From Candidatus Campbellbacteria bacterium GW2011_OD1_34_28 (GTDB lineage: Bacteria; Patescibacteriota; Minisyncoccia; Phycocordibacterales; UBA12079), in assembly GCA_001029775.1 (NCBI GenBank), contig CP011215.1, forward strand, positions 123,187 through 187,186: a stretch of 64,000 nucleotides of DNA, given 5' to 3'. Position 1 is the stretch's first letter; each line of letters begins with the position of its first letter. The notes beneath the pieces were generated by a model that did not search any database, was not told the origin of the DNA, and worked only from the letters and a program-made list of their open reading frames with translations. Shown here in pieces: positions 18,370 through 28,916 of this stretch. The translations under genes were made by a program, and so were the position numbers.

Positions 18370-18633
18370 ATGAACAATGTCCTCGTCTTTCCCGTAACAG
18401 TCGAAAAAAAAATAATTGAAGCAGAAACCATTTACAATTTTTTAAATGAGGAAAAGACCCTCGAAGTAAAAATAACTGGAATATTTTTCTTTGAATTTCA
18501 TGTGTTAGATGTCATAGAATTTCTTGCGACAAATTTAATAATTGATAAAGAAAAATGGATCGCCAAACCAAATATTCCATTTTTTTCAAACAAGACCCTG
18601 ACATCAACAATTATCCTTGAAAAGATTGCCTAA
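18370..18633 (+). CDS. Hypothetical protein (solo cassette)
   Basis: TTGACC..TAAATT promoter, AAGGAG SD, terminator at 18634-18669. Confidence 0.6.
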   Translation: MNNVLVFPVTVEKKIIEAETIYNFLNEEKTLEVKITGIFFFEFHVLDVIEFLATNLIIDKEKWIAKPNIPFFSNKTLTSTIILEKIA

Positions 18634-18731
18634 ACCCCAAAGAAAACTCTGCGGGGTTTTCTTTTTTTTACTATCAGCTATTAGCTTGTGTATATTTGCT
18701 TTTTGCTTATTTCAATGACACAATGATTTTG

Positions 18732-20018
18732 ATGAAAAAACTACAAGATAATCCCAAATACGACCTAATCGTAATCGGTGGTGGTCCGAGCGGTATGATG
18801 ATGGCTGGTAGAGCTTGCGAATTGGGTGCAAGGGTTTTAATCTTGGAAAAAAATAAGCACCTCGGAAAAAAACTACAGATAACCGGCGGAGGTCGTTGCA
18901 ACATCACCAACGCCGAATTTGATGTGAGAAAATTTTTAAGCAACTTTCCTGAATCAAAAGAATTTCTTTTTTCTCCGTTTTCAAAATTCTCCGCAAAAGA
19001 CACTTTTACTTTTTTTGAAAAGAAAAAACTTCCCCTTGTTATAGAGGCAAGAAAAAGAGCATTCCCCCAATCACAAAAAGCAGATGACGTTTTTAAGGTG
19101 TTAGAAAAATATATAAAAAAAGGAGAAGGAGAAATAAAGACAGACGTCCAAGTAGTAAAAATGAGTAAAGAAGGAGATAAAATAATTTCCGTTGAAACAA
19201 AATCGGGAGAAAAATATTTTGCAAAGAATTTTGCAATCGCCACGGGCGGAGCTTCTGCTTCGTGGACAGGTTCAACAGGAGACGGATTTAGATGGTTAAA
19301 AAAACTGGGACACGCAATTAAAGAACCAAATGCAAACTTGGTTCCTCTTACGACAAACGACAAATGGATTCACCGAATTTCTGGACTAACCCTTTCTTTT
19401 ATGACAATTCGTTTTATCCAGAACAACAAAACAAAACTAAAAAAGACAGGAAAAATTCTTTTTACTCATTTTGGTATCTCGGGACCTTTGATTTTGAATT
19501 CGGCATACGAAGTAAAAAAACTTTTAGAAAAAGGCCCTGTGACTGCCTCTATAGATATGTTTCCTGACACAGAAGAAAACGATCTAGATAAAAGAGTATT
19601 GAAACTATTTGAAAAAAATAAAAACAAAGTTCTAAAAAATATTTTTCCAGAACTTGTTCAAAAAAATCTAGCGATTGAAATATTGAATTTACCAGACATC
19701 AACCTGTCAGAAAGAGAGGCAAACTCTATTACCAAACTTGAGAGAAAAAATCTGGTAAGGAAACTTAAAAATCTGAGCTTTGAAATCACTGGTACGCTGG
19801 GACTTGATAAAGCAATCATCAGCGATGGCGGGATTGTTTTGGAAGAAGTAAATTTTAAAAACATGAGTTCAAAAATTTATTCAAATCTATATTTACTAGG
19901 AGATGTCTTAAACATCAATCGTCCCTCAGGAGGATTTTCTCTTCAACTGTGCTGGACGACTGGGTGGACAGCAGGAACAGATGTTGGAGAAAAGGTGGCA
20001 CAAAAAAAGAAAAATTGA
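18732..20018 (+). CDS. HI0933/BaiN (YhiN) family flavoprotein
   Basis: IGGGPSG, GKKLQITGGGRCNITN, GGFSLQLCWTTG. Confidence 0.92.
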   Translation: MKKLQDNPKYDLIVIGGGPSGMMMAGRACELGARVLILEKNKHLGKKLQITGGGRCNITNAEFDVRKFLSNFPESKEFLFSPFSKFSAKDTFTFFEKKKLPLVIEARKRAFPQSQKADDVFKVLEKYIKKGEGEIKTDVQVVKMSKEGDKIISVETKSGEKYFAKNFAIATGGASASWTGSTGDGFRWLKKLGHAIKEPNANLVPLTTNDKWIHRISGLTLSFMTIRFIQNNKTKLKKTGKILFTHFGISGPLILNSAYEVKKLLEKGPVTASIDMFPDTEENDLDKRVLKLFEKNKNKVLKNIFPELVQKNLAIEILNLPDINLSEREANSITKLERKNLVRKLKNLSFEITGTLGLDKAIISDGGIVLEEVNFKNMSSKIYSNLYLLGDVLNINRPSGGFSLQLCWTTGWTAGTDVGEKVAQKKKN

Positions 20019-20066
20019 TATATTGTTTAATAGAAAATATCTTATCAATTTTGAAAGGAGGTTCTT

Positions 20067-20543
20067 GTGAAACCAAAAAGAGAGTTTGGACTTGTCCCTG
20101 TTTTGGTACAAATTGAAAGAACAGATTCTTTTATAAGAAATTACAAAGGTATGATTGTTCTTGGAGAAAAAATTATTTTCCATTTTGATGTATTAACAAC
20201 ACAAGACATCAGAGACTGCTCGGTAAAATTAAAAAATAATCTCAATATAGACAACAGACTCCTTTGTATGTCGATAGAAATTAAAAATTCTTCTGGAGAA
20301 AAGATTTTTCTCGACAAAATCAAGTATGATTTTTTTTACAACATTCTTGTTGATCACATTGGCCGACTTGAATATGATATTGAATCAGGTAATTTAAACA
20401 GACGACGCCCTTTAACAAGGCTGACAACCGACGGGTGGTTTAGCATCTATCCCTCCCGAGAGACAGACTGTTATACTTTGGCCATCTCTTCTAGAAAAAT
20501 TCCCCAGGATATTAAAGAGTGCGAGACACTTTTACTTACCTAA
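20067..20543 (+). CDS. Hypothetical protein
   Basis: GTG start with AAGGAGGT SD; 158 aa. Confidence 0.6.
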   Translation: MKPKREFGLVPVLVQIERTDSFIRNYKGMIVLGEKIIFHFDVLTTQDIRDCSVKLKNNLNIDNRLLCMSIEIKNSSGEKIFLDKIKYDFFYNILVDHIGRLEYDIESGNLNRRRPLTRLTTDGWFSIYPSRETDCYTLAISSRKIPQDIKECETLLLT

Positions 20544-22026
20544 CCCCTTCGGGGGTTTTTATTTTGGAAAAAAACAGAAAAACAAATAAATACGCAACCA
20601 CCATAAACCAAACAGAGAATGTTGGTATGTGAATTGAGGCAAAAGGCAAAGAAGAGAAAAAATCTACAATTTTTAATTCATAAGACAATAAAACATAAGC
20701 AATATAAGAAAAAGGCGCAGCGAGAACAGAAGAAAATAATCCCACTACAATACTCAAAAAACCAAATAACATTGTAAAAGGAATAAAAGTTAAAACAAGC
20801 AAATTGACAGGAACAGACACAACAGAAAAATCTCCCATCATATACAAAAGAAGCGGTAAAACAAAAATCTGAGTAGAAATGACGGAAACAAGGGATTCCT
20901 TTATTTTAAATTTTTCAGGAACAAGACTAAAATAATTTTCTATTTTAGGTGACAAAAAAATCAAACCAAATGTCGCCATAAAAGACAGCTGAAACGAAGC
21001 ATCAAAAACAAGTATTGTCGGGTTATGCAAAACCATCAAAAAACCCGCCAAGAAAAGTGTTCTTGTTATTTCATTTACCCTACCAGTTGCTCTCGCCAAC
21101 AAAACCAACAAAGCCATAACAGACGCTCTGACTATTGTGGCGGACGCTCCTGTCATTATTGCAAAAAATATAATACTTATGGCTCCGACAAAAACAGAAA
21201 GTAGCCCAGGCAAAAAAGAAAATAATCCCATTATGAAATCGGCGATAATAGTAATATTGTAGCCAGATAAAACCACGATATGTATCAAACCAACTTTACG
21301 GAAATCATCTTGCAGATCTTTTCCCAAAGATTCTTTCGCTCCAATAATCAGACCACTCAACAAAGATGAGTGCGGTTCGGGAAATATCTCTCTTGATTGT
21401 TCTATAAAAATATTTTTAACTCGAAACAATTTTTCTTTTATAAAGTTTCCATTACCCGAAGAAACAAATTTTGTTTTTGGATAAAAAATTTGATAATTTA
21501 TATTGTCTTTCGCCAGATAAGAAACATAATCAAATTGACGCTCTCCATCAGCATTAAAATTTTTTGGTTTATTTAAAATTCCACCAACTTGAATCAAGTC
21601 GCCATAATTGTATTGCGGGTACTGATCAACAATCGCAAGAATATTACTTTTTGTTTCTATTTCCTCTCCATTTAATTTATGTATTTTCAACTTTAATTGT
21701 GTATTGCTTTCTCTTGTGTCTGGTTCATCTATGACAAATGCATCAATAGAAACACTTTGATTTAAAAAATTGTTTAAGAAAGGTTCTGTTTTTTTAAAAT
21801 CTGTCAGATCAAACCTCCAGACGCCTATTCCTGCTGACAAAAATAAAAGACTTACAAAAATTATTTTTTCTTTTTCTTTCGGATTGCCCAAAAGAAAAAA
21901 CATAAAAATCGCCCAACTTATCAAAATCAAAAATAAATAAAATGTTTGCCCCAAATTAAAAAAGGAACAAAATGCTACACCAGAGATGAAACCAACTAAC
22001 ACTGAATATAAATAATTATCATTCAT
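20536..22026 (-). CDS. comEC: ComEC/Rec2 competence channel (no beta-lactamase domain)
   Basis: GLIHIVVLSGYN, SATIVRA, SFQLSF motifs. Confidence 0.93.
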   Translation of the reverse strand: MNDNYLYSVLVGFISGVAFCSFFNLGQTFYLFLILISWAIFMFFLLGNPKEKEKIIFVSLLFLSAGIGVWRFDLTDFKKTEPFLNNFLNQSVSIDAFVIDEPDTRESNTQLKLKIHKLNGEEIETKSNILAIVDQYPQYNYGDLIQVGGILNKPKNFNADGERQFDYVSYLAKDNINYQIFYPKTKFVSSGNGNFIKEKLFRVKNIFIEQSREIFPEPHSSLLSGLIIGAKESLGKDLQDDFRKVGLIHIVVLSGYNITIIADFIMGLFSFLPGLLSVFVGAISIIFFAIMTGASATIVRASVMALLVLLARATGRVNEITRTLFLAGFLMVLHNPTILVFDASFQLSFMATFGLIFLSPKIENYFSLVPEKFKIKESLVSVISTQIFVLPLLLYMMGDFSVVSVPVNLLVLTFIPFTMLFGFLSIVVGLFSSVLAAPFSYIAYVLLSYELKIVDFFSSLPFASIHIPTFSVWFMVVAYLFVFLFFSKIKTPEGVR

Positions 22027-22062
22027 AAATCAGAATTAAATCTTAAGAATTAGGAAGGAGTA

Positions 22063-22434
22063 TTAGGTAATATTACGAGACGATCTAACTATCCCAGACA
22101 ACAATCTAGTCACATCCATTATGTCTTTTTCTAATCTATAAAAATCTTCTTTGTTTATATAATCTAGGTCTCTAGATAAAATAAGTTGAGTTTTTAATTC
22201 TAAAACCGACCCTTTTGATATAGCATAAAAATGAGCCTTATCTTTTGCTGTGCTTCTACCAAAACCTTCTGCTATATTTGAGACTATGGAGACAGAGCAT
22301 CTTCTCATCTGGTTTGTTAGACAAAATTTTTCGTCATCAGGAAATTTTTTAGTCAATTTATAAATATTTAAAGTAATTTCGTGAGCTTTTTTCCAAACTA
22401 TTAAATCTGTAAAATCTTTAATTTTATTTGTCAT
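22063..22434 (-). CDS. Four-helix-bundle protein (23S rRNA IVS/bAvd-like family)
   Basis: FTDLIVWKKA...FPDDEKF.LTNQMRR.SVSIVSNIAEGFGR. Confidence 0.92.
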   Translation of the reverse strand: MTNKIKDFTDLIVWKKAHEITLNIYKLTKKFPDDEKFCLTNQMRRCSVSIVSNIAEGFGRSTAKDKAHFYAISKGSVLELKTQLILSRDLDYINKEDFYRLEKDIMDVTRLLSGIVRSSRNIT

Positions 22435-22478
22435 TTATTTAAAATAATAAATCCTAATTCTAATACTATTCCTAAATT

Positions 22479-22895
22479 CTAATTTTTTTCGTCCATTGCC
22501 TCATTTGCCAATTTGTCGGCTTCGCCATTTTTTGCACGAGGAATGTGAACAAATTTAATATTTGAAAAATCTACTTTCAAATTGTTTACCCTTACGAATT
22601 GCTCAAAAAGAGCCGGTTGCTTTACACGATACTCGCCTTTCATTTGTTTCACTATCAATTCACTATCCATCCTAACTTCAATTTCGGTACTTTTAGAATT
22701 TTTACCCAATATTTTTTTTACACCCTCCAACCCTAAAATAAGTGCTTCATACTCCGCCCAATTATTTGTTTGGATCCCTAAAAATTTTTTAATTTTTTTA
22801 ATTTCGTTTCCTTCTGCATCGGTAATATAAACACCCGCCCCAGCAATGCCTGGATTATTTCGAGAGCCTCCGTCTGTATAAATAATTATTTTCAT
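22479..22895 (-). CDS. rnhA: Ribonuclease HI
   Basis: YTDGGSRNNPG, TNNWAEY, DSELIV, NGEADKLAN. Confidence 0.93.
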   Translation of the reverse strand: MKIIIYTDGGSRNNPGIAGAGVYITDAEGNEIKKIKKFLGIQTNNWAEYEALILGLEGVKKILGKNSKSTEIEVRMDSELIVKQMKGEYRVKQPALFEQFVRVNNLKVDFSNIKFVHIPRAKNGEADKLANEAMDEKN

Positions 22896-22973
22896 AAAAA
22901 AATTATATCATACTATTAATTACAAAAATCCTCTGTGCTATCAAAAACACAGAGGATTTAAAGTCTCTAAAAA

Positions 22974-23336
22974 TTATTTTCCAATATAAACGAATCTTCT
23001 TACACCGCTTTTATGAAGTCCGATAAAATCATCCTCCAATCTACCCCAAAGAGTACCTTTTGGATAATCTCTAGAATCATACAAAGACCTATAAACAACG
23101 ATCCACTCTTGGGTTTTTTCTCTAAAACCCAAACCAACTGTTTCGTACTCACCCCCCTTAAAATGTCGATAGTGTCCGTCCAATAAAATATCTTTTTTTA
23201 CTTGTTGATGAAGTAATATTATTGCCCCAAAAATATCTTCAGGGTTTTCGGTATTGTGAATATTGTCAACAAGAAGATGACTTAAAGCTATAAAAATATT
23301 AGATATTGGTTTTCCTACTATTTCTAATTTTTGCAC
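22974..23336 (-). CDS. DUF1653 domain protein
   Basis: GHYRHFKGGEY...VVYRSLY...LWGR...RF. Confidence 0.75.
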   Translation of the reverse strand: MQKLEIVGKPISNIFIALSHLLVDNIHNTENPEDIFGAIILLHQQVKKDILLDGHYRHFKGGEYETVGLGFREKTQEWIVVYRSLYDSRDYPKGTLWGRLEDDFIGLHKSGVRRFVYIGK

Positions 23337-23466
23337 AATAATCTCCTTTAATTCTTGTTAAGGTTTATTTTTCTAAATTAAGTTAATCAAAAAAATAAGT
23401 GGTTTGCAAGGTTTTTGCTTATAATAATATTGCCCGACACTGTGCTGGCACAGTGTCGGGCAAATT

Positions 23467-23736
23467 TTAATCTTCAATTTGAGAGAGAATCTCCAAAAGT
23501 TTCTCTCGTGCTTCCAAGCTAAGAGGAATCTCCAGATGAGCGATTTTTGCAAAAGCCAGCAATTCCATATTGGAGGCGTTGGATATACTTACAGTTCTTG
23601 CGTTACCATTCCTTGAAAAAACCAGTTCACTCAAACCAAGTTCATCCCTAAAAAAATCACACAGGGGGCTAAATTTTTGCACCGTCAAAAATACTTTGTG
23701 GATAAACCTTGCGTCAGTTGGTTTTGCATAATTCAT
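23467..23736 (-). CDS. Hypothetical protein
   Basis: GAGGT SD; downstream hairpin at 23431-23462. Confidence 0.55.
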   Translation of the reverse strand: MNYAKPTDARFIHKVFLTVQKFSPLCDFFRDELGLSELVFSRNGNARTVSISNASNMELLAFAKIAHLEIPLSLEAREKLLEILSQIED

Positions 23737-23791
23737 ATATACCTCTCAAATATTAAAGGATTCTTTTCTATTTCCAATTAGAGCAAAATGG

Positions 23792-25498
23792 TTAAACAAA
23801 GTCAACAATTCTCAATCTTAATTCATTTACATTCCTAAAAGTGCTTTTCTCCAAATTAACAACCAAACTGATTTTGTTTCCCCTTTTGAAATCTATTTTA
23901 CCCTCGCCATTTTCATCAGCAAAAAATTGTATTGCAGAAATATTTTGCCCCCGACTATTTTTAAAATCCAACCCTAAATGATTTTTTTGTTTTCCAAAAA
24001 TTTTTACATTAAAGATTTCAATATTTTCAATCAAAAATGTTGGTTTTGGATTGTCTACACCAAAAGGAGCCAGCTGTTCAATTATTTTATAAGTATCCCA
24101 ATTTACATCGTCCAGTGATATTTTTTTATCAATAAAAAATTCTATCTTCTCTGTTGTTTTTGAAACATTTTTATGAGCTTCGTTTAATTTTTCTTCTAAC
24201 AAATGAATATTATCATTTAAAACAGAAAACCCTCCTGCCATTTTGTGGCCCCCCACATTAACAAAAATATTATTCTCCACAAGATTCATCAATTCAACCA
24301 CATCAACAGTTCCACAAGAACGACACGAGCCTTTTATTTCACCGTCGCCACCTCTACCCCAAACAAAACAAGTTCTTCGATGTTTTTCTACCAAAGAGCT
24401 GGCAACCAAACCAGAAACCCCCGGATTCCATTTTGGACTACCGATGACAATAACATCTTTGATATCTCTTTCTTTCAATTTTTTATTTGCCTCTCTAACC
24501 ATAGACGCTACTAGTGTCTTTCTCTCCTTGTTTATTTCATCCAAATGTTTTGCCAAACTGCCGGCAGTGATTTCATTATCGGCTGACAAAAGTTCAAATG
24601 CTTTTATTGGATCTCCCATTCTGGACGCTGCATTAATTCTCGGAGTAACCATAAAAACCAAATCATCTTCATTCAGATTTTTTTGGTCAACTTTTGTTTC
24701 TCGGAGCAGATGAATCAATCCGTGGCGAGGAGACTTTCTCAAAACTTGCATACCAAAATAAGAATAAACTCTGTTTTCTCCTTTTAGAGAAACCATGTCA
24801 GAAATTGTTGCAAGACCAACCATATCAACGAGCCACTTTTCCCAACCCTCTTTGATTTCAAATTCTCCTTTTTTTATCAGTGCTTGAACAAGTTTAAAAA
24901 CCACCCCGCTACCAGCCAAATTTTTATCGGGATAATCACAATCAATTTGCTTTGGATTTAAAATGGCATGTGCTTCTGGCAATTTTTCACCAACAATATG
25001 ATGATCGGTAATGATCACATCTATTCCAAAATCTTTGGCTTTTTTTGTTTCTTCAATGTCTTTGATTCCACAATCAATAGTAATAATCAAATCAAATTTT
25101 TGCGAAGCAAATTTTTCCACAGCTTCCAGATTTAAGCTGTATCCTTCATCGTGTCTGTGCGGAATATAATTTTTAAAATTTTGAAAACCAATCTTTTTAA
25201 AAAAATCAAATAGCACGACAGCCCCAGGAATACCGTCTGCATCATAATCACTGTAAATTAAAATTTTTTGATTTTTTTCTATTGCATTCAAAATTCTATC
25301 TACTGCCTTGCCCATATCTTTCATTAAAAAGGGATCGTGAATATCACGATAATAATCTGGCTTTAAAAATTTTTCCGCAACTTCCCTAGCTTCTATTCCT
25401 CTATAAAAAAGAAGAAGCCCCAATAGCTCTGGATATACGGCAAATTCCTTTTTAACCTTTTCTGGTAACTCAATGTTTCTAATGGAGTATTCTTTCAT
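23792..25498 (-). CDS. recJ: ssDNA exonuclease RecJ
   Basis: DYDADG, TDHH, PRINAASR, GGHKMAGG. Confidence 0.96.
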   Translation of the reverse strand: MKEYSIRNIELPEKVKKEFAVYPELLGLLLFYRGIEAREVAEKFLKPDYYRDIHDPFLMKDMGKAVDRILNAIEKNQKILIYSDYDADGIPGAVVLFDFFKKIGFQNFKNYIPHRHDEGYSLNLEAVEKFASQKFDLIITIDCGIKDIEETKKAKDFGIDVIITDHHIVGEKLPEAHAILNPKQIDCDYPDKNLAGSGVVFKLVQALIKKGEFEIKEGWEKWLVDMVGLATISDMVSLKGENRVYSYFGMQVLRKSPRHGLIHLLRETKVDQKNLNEDDLVFMVTPRINAASRMGDPIKAFELLSADNEITAGSLAKHLDEINKERKTLVASMVREANKKLKERDIKDVIVIGSPKWNPGVSGLVASSLVEKHRRTCFVWGRGGDGEIKGSCRSCGTVDVVELMNLVENNIFVNVGGHKMAGGFSVLNDNIHLLEEKLNEAHKNVSKTTEKIEFFIDKKISLDDVNWDTYKIIEQLAPFGVDNPKPTFLIENIEIFNVKIFGKQKNHLGLDFKNSRGQNISAIQFFADENGEGKIDFKRGNKISLVVNLEKSTFRNVNELRLRIVDFV

Positions 25499-25586
25499 TT
25501 GAGTATTTTAACATAAACAAGTTTACAGTAGACAGTTTACAGTAGACAGAAAAATGAGTACGAATTTTATGGTAAAATATAAAGAT

Positions 25587-25994
25587 ATGGAAAACTGTTT
25601 GTTCTGCAAAATAATAAATGGAGAAATCCCATCACTAAAAATTTGTGAAAATGATAGAGCGGTTGCCTTCATGGATATTTCATATGTAAACAAAGGTCAC
25701 AGTTTGGTAATACCCAAAAAACATTCAGAGAATATTTTTGACATAGAACAAGAAGACCTTAACACAACAATGGAAATCGTCAGAAAAATATCAAAGATTG
25801 TTAAAAAAGCGACAAAAGCAGATGGAGTAAACATACATATAAATAACGGAGCTGCGGCGGGCCAAGTTATTCATCACACCCATATCCATATAATTCCTCG
25901 TTTCAAAGAAGATGGTTTAAAAATGTGGAAATCTAATGAATACAAAGAGGGAGAGCGAGAAAAAATTTTTAAAAAAATTAGAGAACAAATTTAA
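25587..25994 (+). CDS. HIT family protein
   Basis: CLFCKII...HTHIHIIPR. Confidence 0.92.
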   Translation: MENCLFCKIINGEIPSLKICENDRAVAFMDISYVNKGHSLVIPKKHSENIFDIEQEDLNTTMEIVRKISKIVKKATKADGVNIHINNGAAAGQVIHHTHIHIIPRFKEDGLKMWKSNEYKEGEREKIFKKIREQI

Positions 25995-26030
25995 AAAAAT
26001 CCACATTGAGTGGATTTTTTTAAATTTGTT

Positions 26031-27149
26031 CTATTTCAGTGCTTCTATACCCGGAAGTGTTTCATTCAACAAAAAAGCCAACATTGCACCCCCTCCAGTA
26101 GAAACAAAGGTAAATTTATTTTCTATTCCCAATTCTGAGATAACAGCAGTCGTATCCCCTCCACCCACAATAGATTTTGCGTCTGAATTTGCAATCGCTC
26201 TTATCAAATCGGCAGTTGGTTTTCCAAAACCTTTTTCATAATCACCGAGCGGTCCATTTAACAAAACAAATTTTGCATCGTTCACATACTTTATCAAGTG
26301 TGAAACCGTTTCATCTCCAGCATCCAATATTTTTTCATCATTTAAAACTTCGTTTGGTTTTTTCATCTTTATACATCCCCCGTCATTTCTTACCACAACA
26401 TCTGTTGGCAAAATTATTTTTTTATTATTAACCAAACTACTCAAATTTATCTTTTCTTCCGATATGAAGGATTTCCCAACATTCATTCCTTTTTCTTTGA
26501 AGAAATCATTTGCCAAAGCACCTCCAACAAAAACATTGTCGGCAATCTTTAACATCTTTTCTATCAAAGACAACTTTGTTTTTAATTTGTTACCGCCAAT
26601 AATAAACAAGAATGGATTTTCTGGCTGAAAACTTTCTGATAACATTTTTATTTCTTCTTGAAACAAAATGCCTGAATAACTTGGTAAAAACTTTGGGACA
26701 CCAACAATGGAGGCATGTTCTCTGTGAGAATTTGCGAAAGCTTCGTTTACATAAATATCTCCCAATCGAGCAATCTGTTTTGAAAAACTCTCATCGTTAT
26801 TTTTTTCTTGGGGGTGCTGTCGTAGATTTTCCACCAAAACAACATCTCCTTCTTTCATATTGTTTACAAAAGAATCTGCATCATTACTCAAAACATCTTT
26901 TATAAATCCAATCTCCATTGTTTTTTGGAAATAATTTAAAACAGGTAAAAGTGTTTCTGTTGTTTCTCTTCCAATGTGACTAATGATAATTATTTTTGCC
27001 CCTTCTTCTTTCAAGAAATTAATCGTCGGCAAAATTTTCTTTATACGAAAATCGTTAAAAACAACCCCGCCTTTAATCGGGATATTTAGATCAAGCCTCA
27101 ACAAAACTCTCTTTCCCCTCAAATCTTTTACTTCTCTAATATTTTTCAT
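26031..27149 (-). CDS. pgk: Phosphoglycerate kinase
   Basis: RLDLNIP, SHIGR, GGGDT, STGGGA. Confidence 0.96.
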   Translation of the reverse strand: MKNIREVKDLRGKRVLLRLDLNIPIKGGVVFNDFRIKKILPTINFLKEEGAKIIIISHIGRETTETLLPVLNYFQKTMEIGFIKDVLSNDADSFVNNMKEGDVVLVENLRQHPQEKNNDESFSKQIARLGDIYVNEAFANSHREHASIVGVPKFLPSYSGILFQEEIKMLSESFQPENPFLFIIGGNKLKTKLSLIEKMLKIADNVFVGGALANDFFKEKGMNVGKSFISEEKINLSSLVNNKKIILPTDVVVRNDGGCIKMKKPNEVLNDEKILDAGDETVSHLIKYVNDAKFVLLNGPLGDYEKGFGKPTADLIRAIANSDAKSIVGGGDTTAVISELGIENKFTFVSTGGGAMLAFLLNETLPGIEALK

Positions 27150-27334
27150 CCCGTTAGAGATAGGAAGTCATCTTTAACAAAAAGTGACTTCTCTATTTTT
27201 TAAATAATTACTAATAAATTCGTATTGTTATATATCTCCGTGACTTCCGTATATTTCTTATAAATTTGTCTAAACAATTTACTGTTCCAATATATCACAT
27301 ACCCGAAAGAATCAATTTAACATCTCTAACGGGA
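27150..27334. mobile_element. MITE-like element with CCCGTTAGAGAT TIRs at the pgk start codon
   Basis: CCCGTTAGAGAT...ATCTCTAACGGGA flanked by a TTCAT direct repeat. Confidence 0.75.
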
Positions 27335-27453
27335 TTCATTGGATTAATTATAACCTCTTATGCAAAAGAGCTAAACTGTTGACAAATATATCAAAAAGTA
27401 TATAAATAATTTAGAATTTTTTGTTTTCAACTATTTCATTATAAGGAGACAGT

Positions 27454-27840
27454 ATGATCAGGCACCCAGAGGATAGACTATTACTAATCCAATTTCTTTG
27501 TGTTATTGGACTTGTATCAGGATTGATAGCATTTGTATTATTTCTTACTCCGAATAATATCCCTAATCAAAAAAGTGAAGAAGAAAAACTGAGTATTCTT
27601 CGTCAAGTTGATGAGGATCCGTATTATCCAAAAGAAAAATATATCGTCTTGGAAATTGTAAAAAAAGAATTTATCTCAAAGGTAATAGCGAGAAGGGTAA
27701 GCGATGGATTTATGATATCGCCACTCTCTTTCATAGAAGATTTAAAAGCTGGCGACAAAGTATATGTCGGAGCAATTCAAACTAAAACCAGTGAGGTCGG
27801 CAACACGCAGGTCGTGAGTGTCGTCATCAAAAAATTATAG
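27454..27840 (+). CDS. Hypothetical single-TM protein
   Basis: TTGACA at 27379, AAGGAG SD, terminator at 27857-27881. Confidence 0.7.
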   Translation: MIRHPEDRLLLIQFLCVIGLVSGLIAFVLFLTPNNIPNQKSEEEKLSILRQVDEDPYYPKEKYIVLEIVKKEFISKVIARRVSDGFMISPLSFIEDLKAGDKVYVGAIQTKTSEVGNTQVVSVVIKKL

Positions 27841-27892
27841 GGCTTTTCAATTTCAAAAGACCGCACATCAGTGCGGTCTTTATATTTTTTAT

Positions 27893-27989
27893 CCCGTTAG
27901 AAATTTTAATATTAATAATTAAATAACTTCTTCAAAACAAATATTTGATATTAGATAAAATCCCGAGTAATTAAAAATTTCTAACGGGA
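27893..27989. mobile_element. Third CCCGTTAGA-type inverted-repeat element
   Basis: CCCGTTAGAAATTTT...AAAATTTCTAACGGGA; no clear TSD. Confidence 0.65.
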
Positions 27990-27996
27990 CAAGTTA

Positions 27997-28767
27997 TTAT
28001 ATCTTGTTAGCGATTTTTAGTATCAGACCAAAGTCTTCTATATCCAAACTTGCCTTTCCGACAAGCAGTCCGTCAATCTGTCCATTCACAAAAATATCTT
28101 CTGCATTTTTTGGATTAACCGATCCTCCGTACAAAATTTTTGGCAAACTTGTATTTATTCCATATTTGTCAGACAAAACTTTTTTTATAAAAATTGTCAT
28201 CTCATGCACCTCTGCCGAAGACATTGACTGCCCTCCGCTATTTCCACTAATTGCCCAAACAGGTTCATAAACAATCAAAATATTTTTTAAATCACTTTTA
28301 CCTACCTTTTCTAAACCACTCAACAATTGATCTTTGATAAAAGGAAAATACCAACCGTGTTCATCTCTTTCTTTTTCTCCTACACACAAAACAACATTTA
28401 ATCCTGTCTTCAAAGACATCCTAACTTTGTTATTGATAAATTCATCTGTTTCTCCAAGAGCGCGTCTTTCCGAGTGTCCTAAAATAACAAACGTCACTCC
28501 GTTTTTCTTTAACATTTCTGGTGAAATCATTCCTGTGAAAGACCCTTTGTTTTTGCTGAAAGCATCTTGTGCACCGACTGAGATTTTATTTTCTTTACAC
28601 AGGGGTGCAAAGTCGTCCAAATAAATAAAAGGAGGGCACACAACTGTTTTTACATTGGAAAGTTTTATCGCGGTTCTTTTTATTCCAGTAAAAACTTTTT
28701 TTGCCTCTTTCAAATTTGTTGGATTCATTTTCCAATTGGCAATAATAATTTTTTTTATTTTTGACAT
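27997..28767 (-). CDS. tpiA: Triosephosphate isomerase
   Basis: ANWKMN, GHSERR, YEPVWAI, YGGSV. Confidence 0.97.
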   Translation of the reverse strand: MSKIKKIIIANWKMNPTNLKEAKKVFTGIKRTAIKLSNVKTVVCPPFIYLDDFAPLCKENKISVGAQDAFSKNKGSFTGMISPEMLKKNGVTFVILGHSERRALGETDEFINNKVRMSLKTGLNVVLCVGEKERDEHGWYFPFIKDQLLSGLEKVGKSDLKNILIVYEPVWAISGNSGGQSMSSAEVHEMTIFIKKVLSDKYGINTSLPKILYGGSVNPKNAEDIFVNGQIDGLLVGKASLDIEDFGLILKIANKI

Positions 28768-28916
28768 ACTATAAGTATATAGGATTAAGGAATAAGGAGT
28801 AAGTGTGCGATGTTGAAAAAACAAGGATAAATTACGGTCTCTACTTATCCCTTACTCCTTACCCCTTGAGAAATTGAATAAAACAAAAAAGGGCTTTTTA
28901 AAAGCCCTTTTTTGTT

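Noticed and set aside
18707-19363. Long antisense ORFs within core genes (also 24243-24713, 14512-15115, 43583-44638)
   Set aside because: Shadow frames of well-supported genes on the opposite strand
22063-22434. Diversity-generating retroelement suggested by the bAvd-like gene
   Set aside because: No reverse transcriptase in the window, and no TR/VR pair differing specifically at adenines was seen; the family is common as a stand-alone gene
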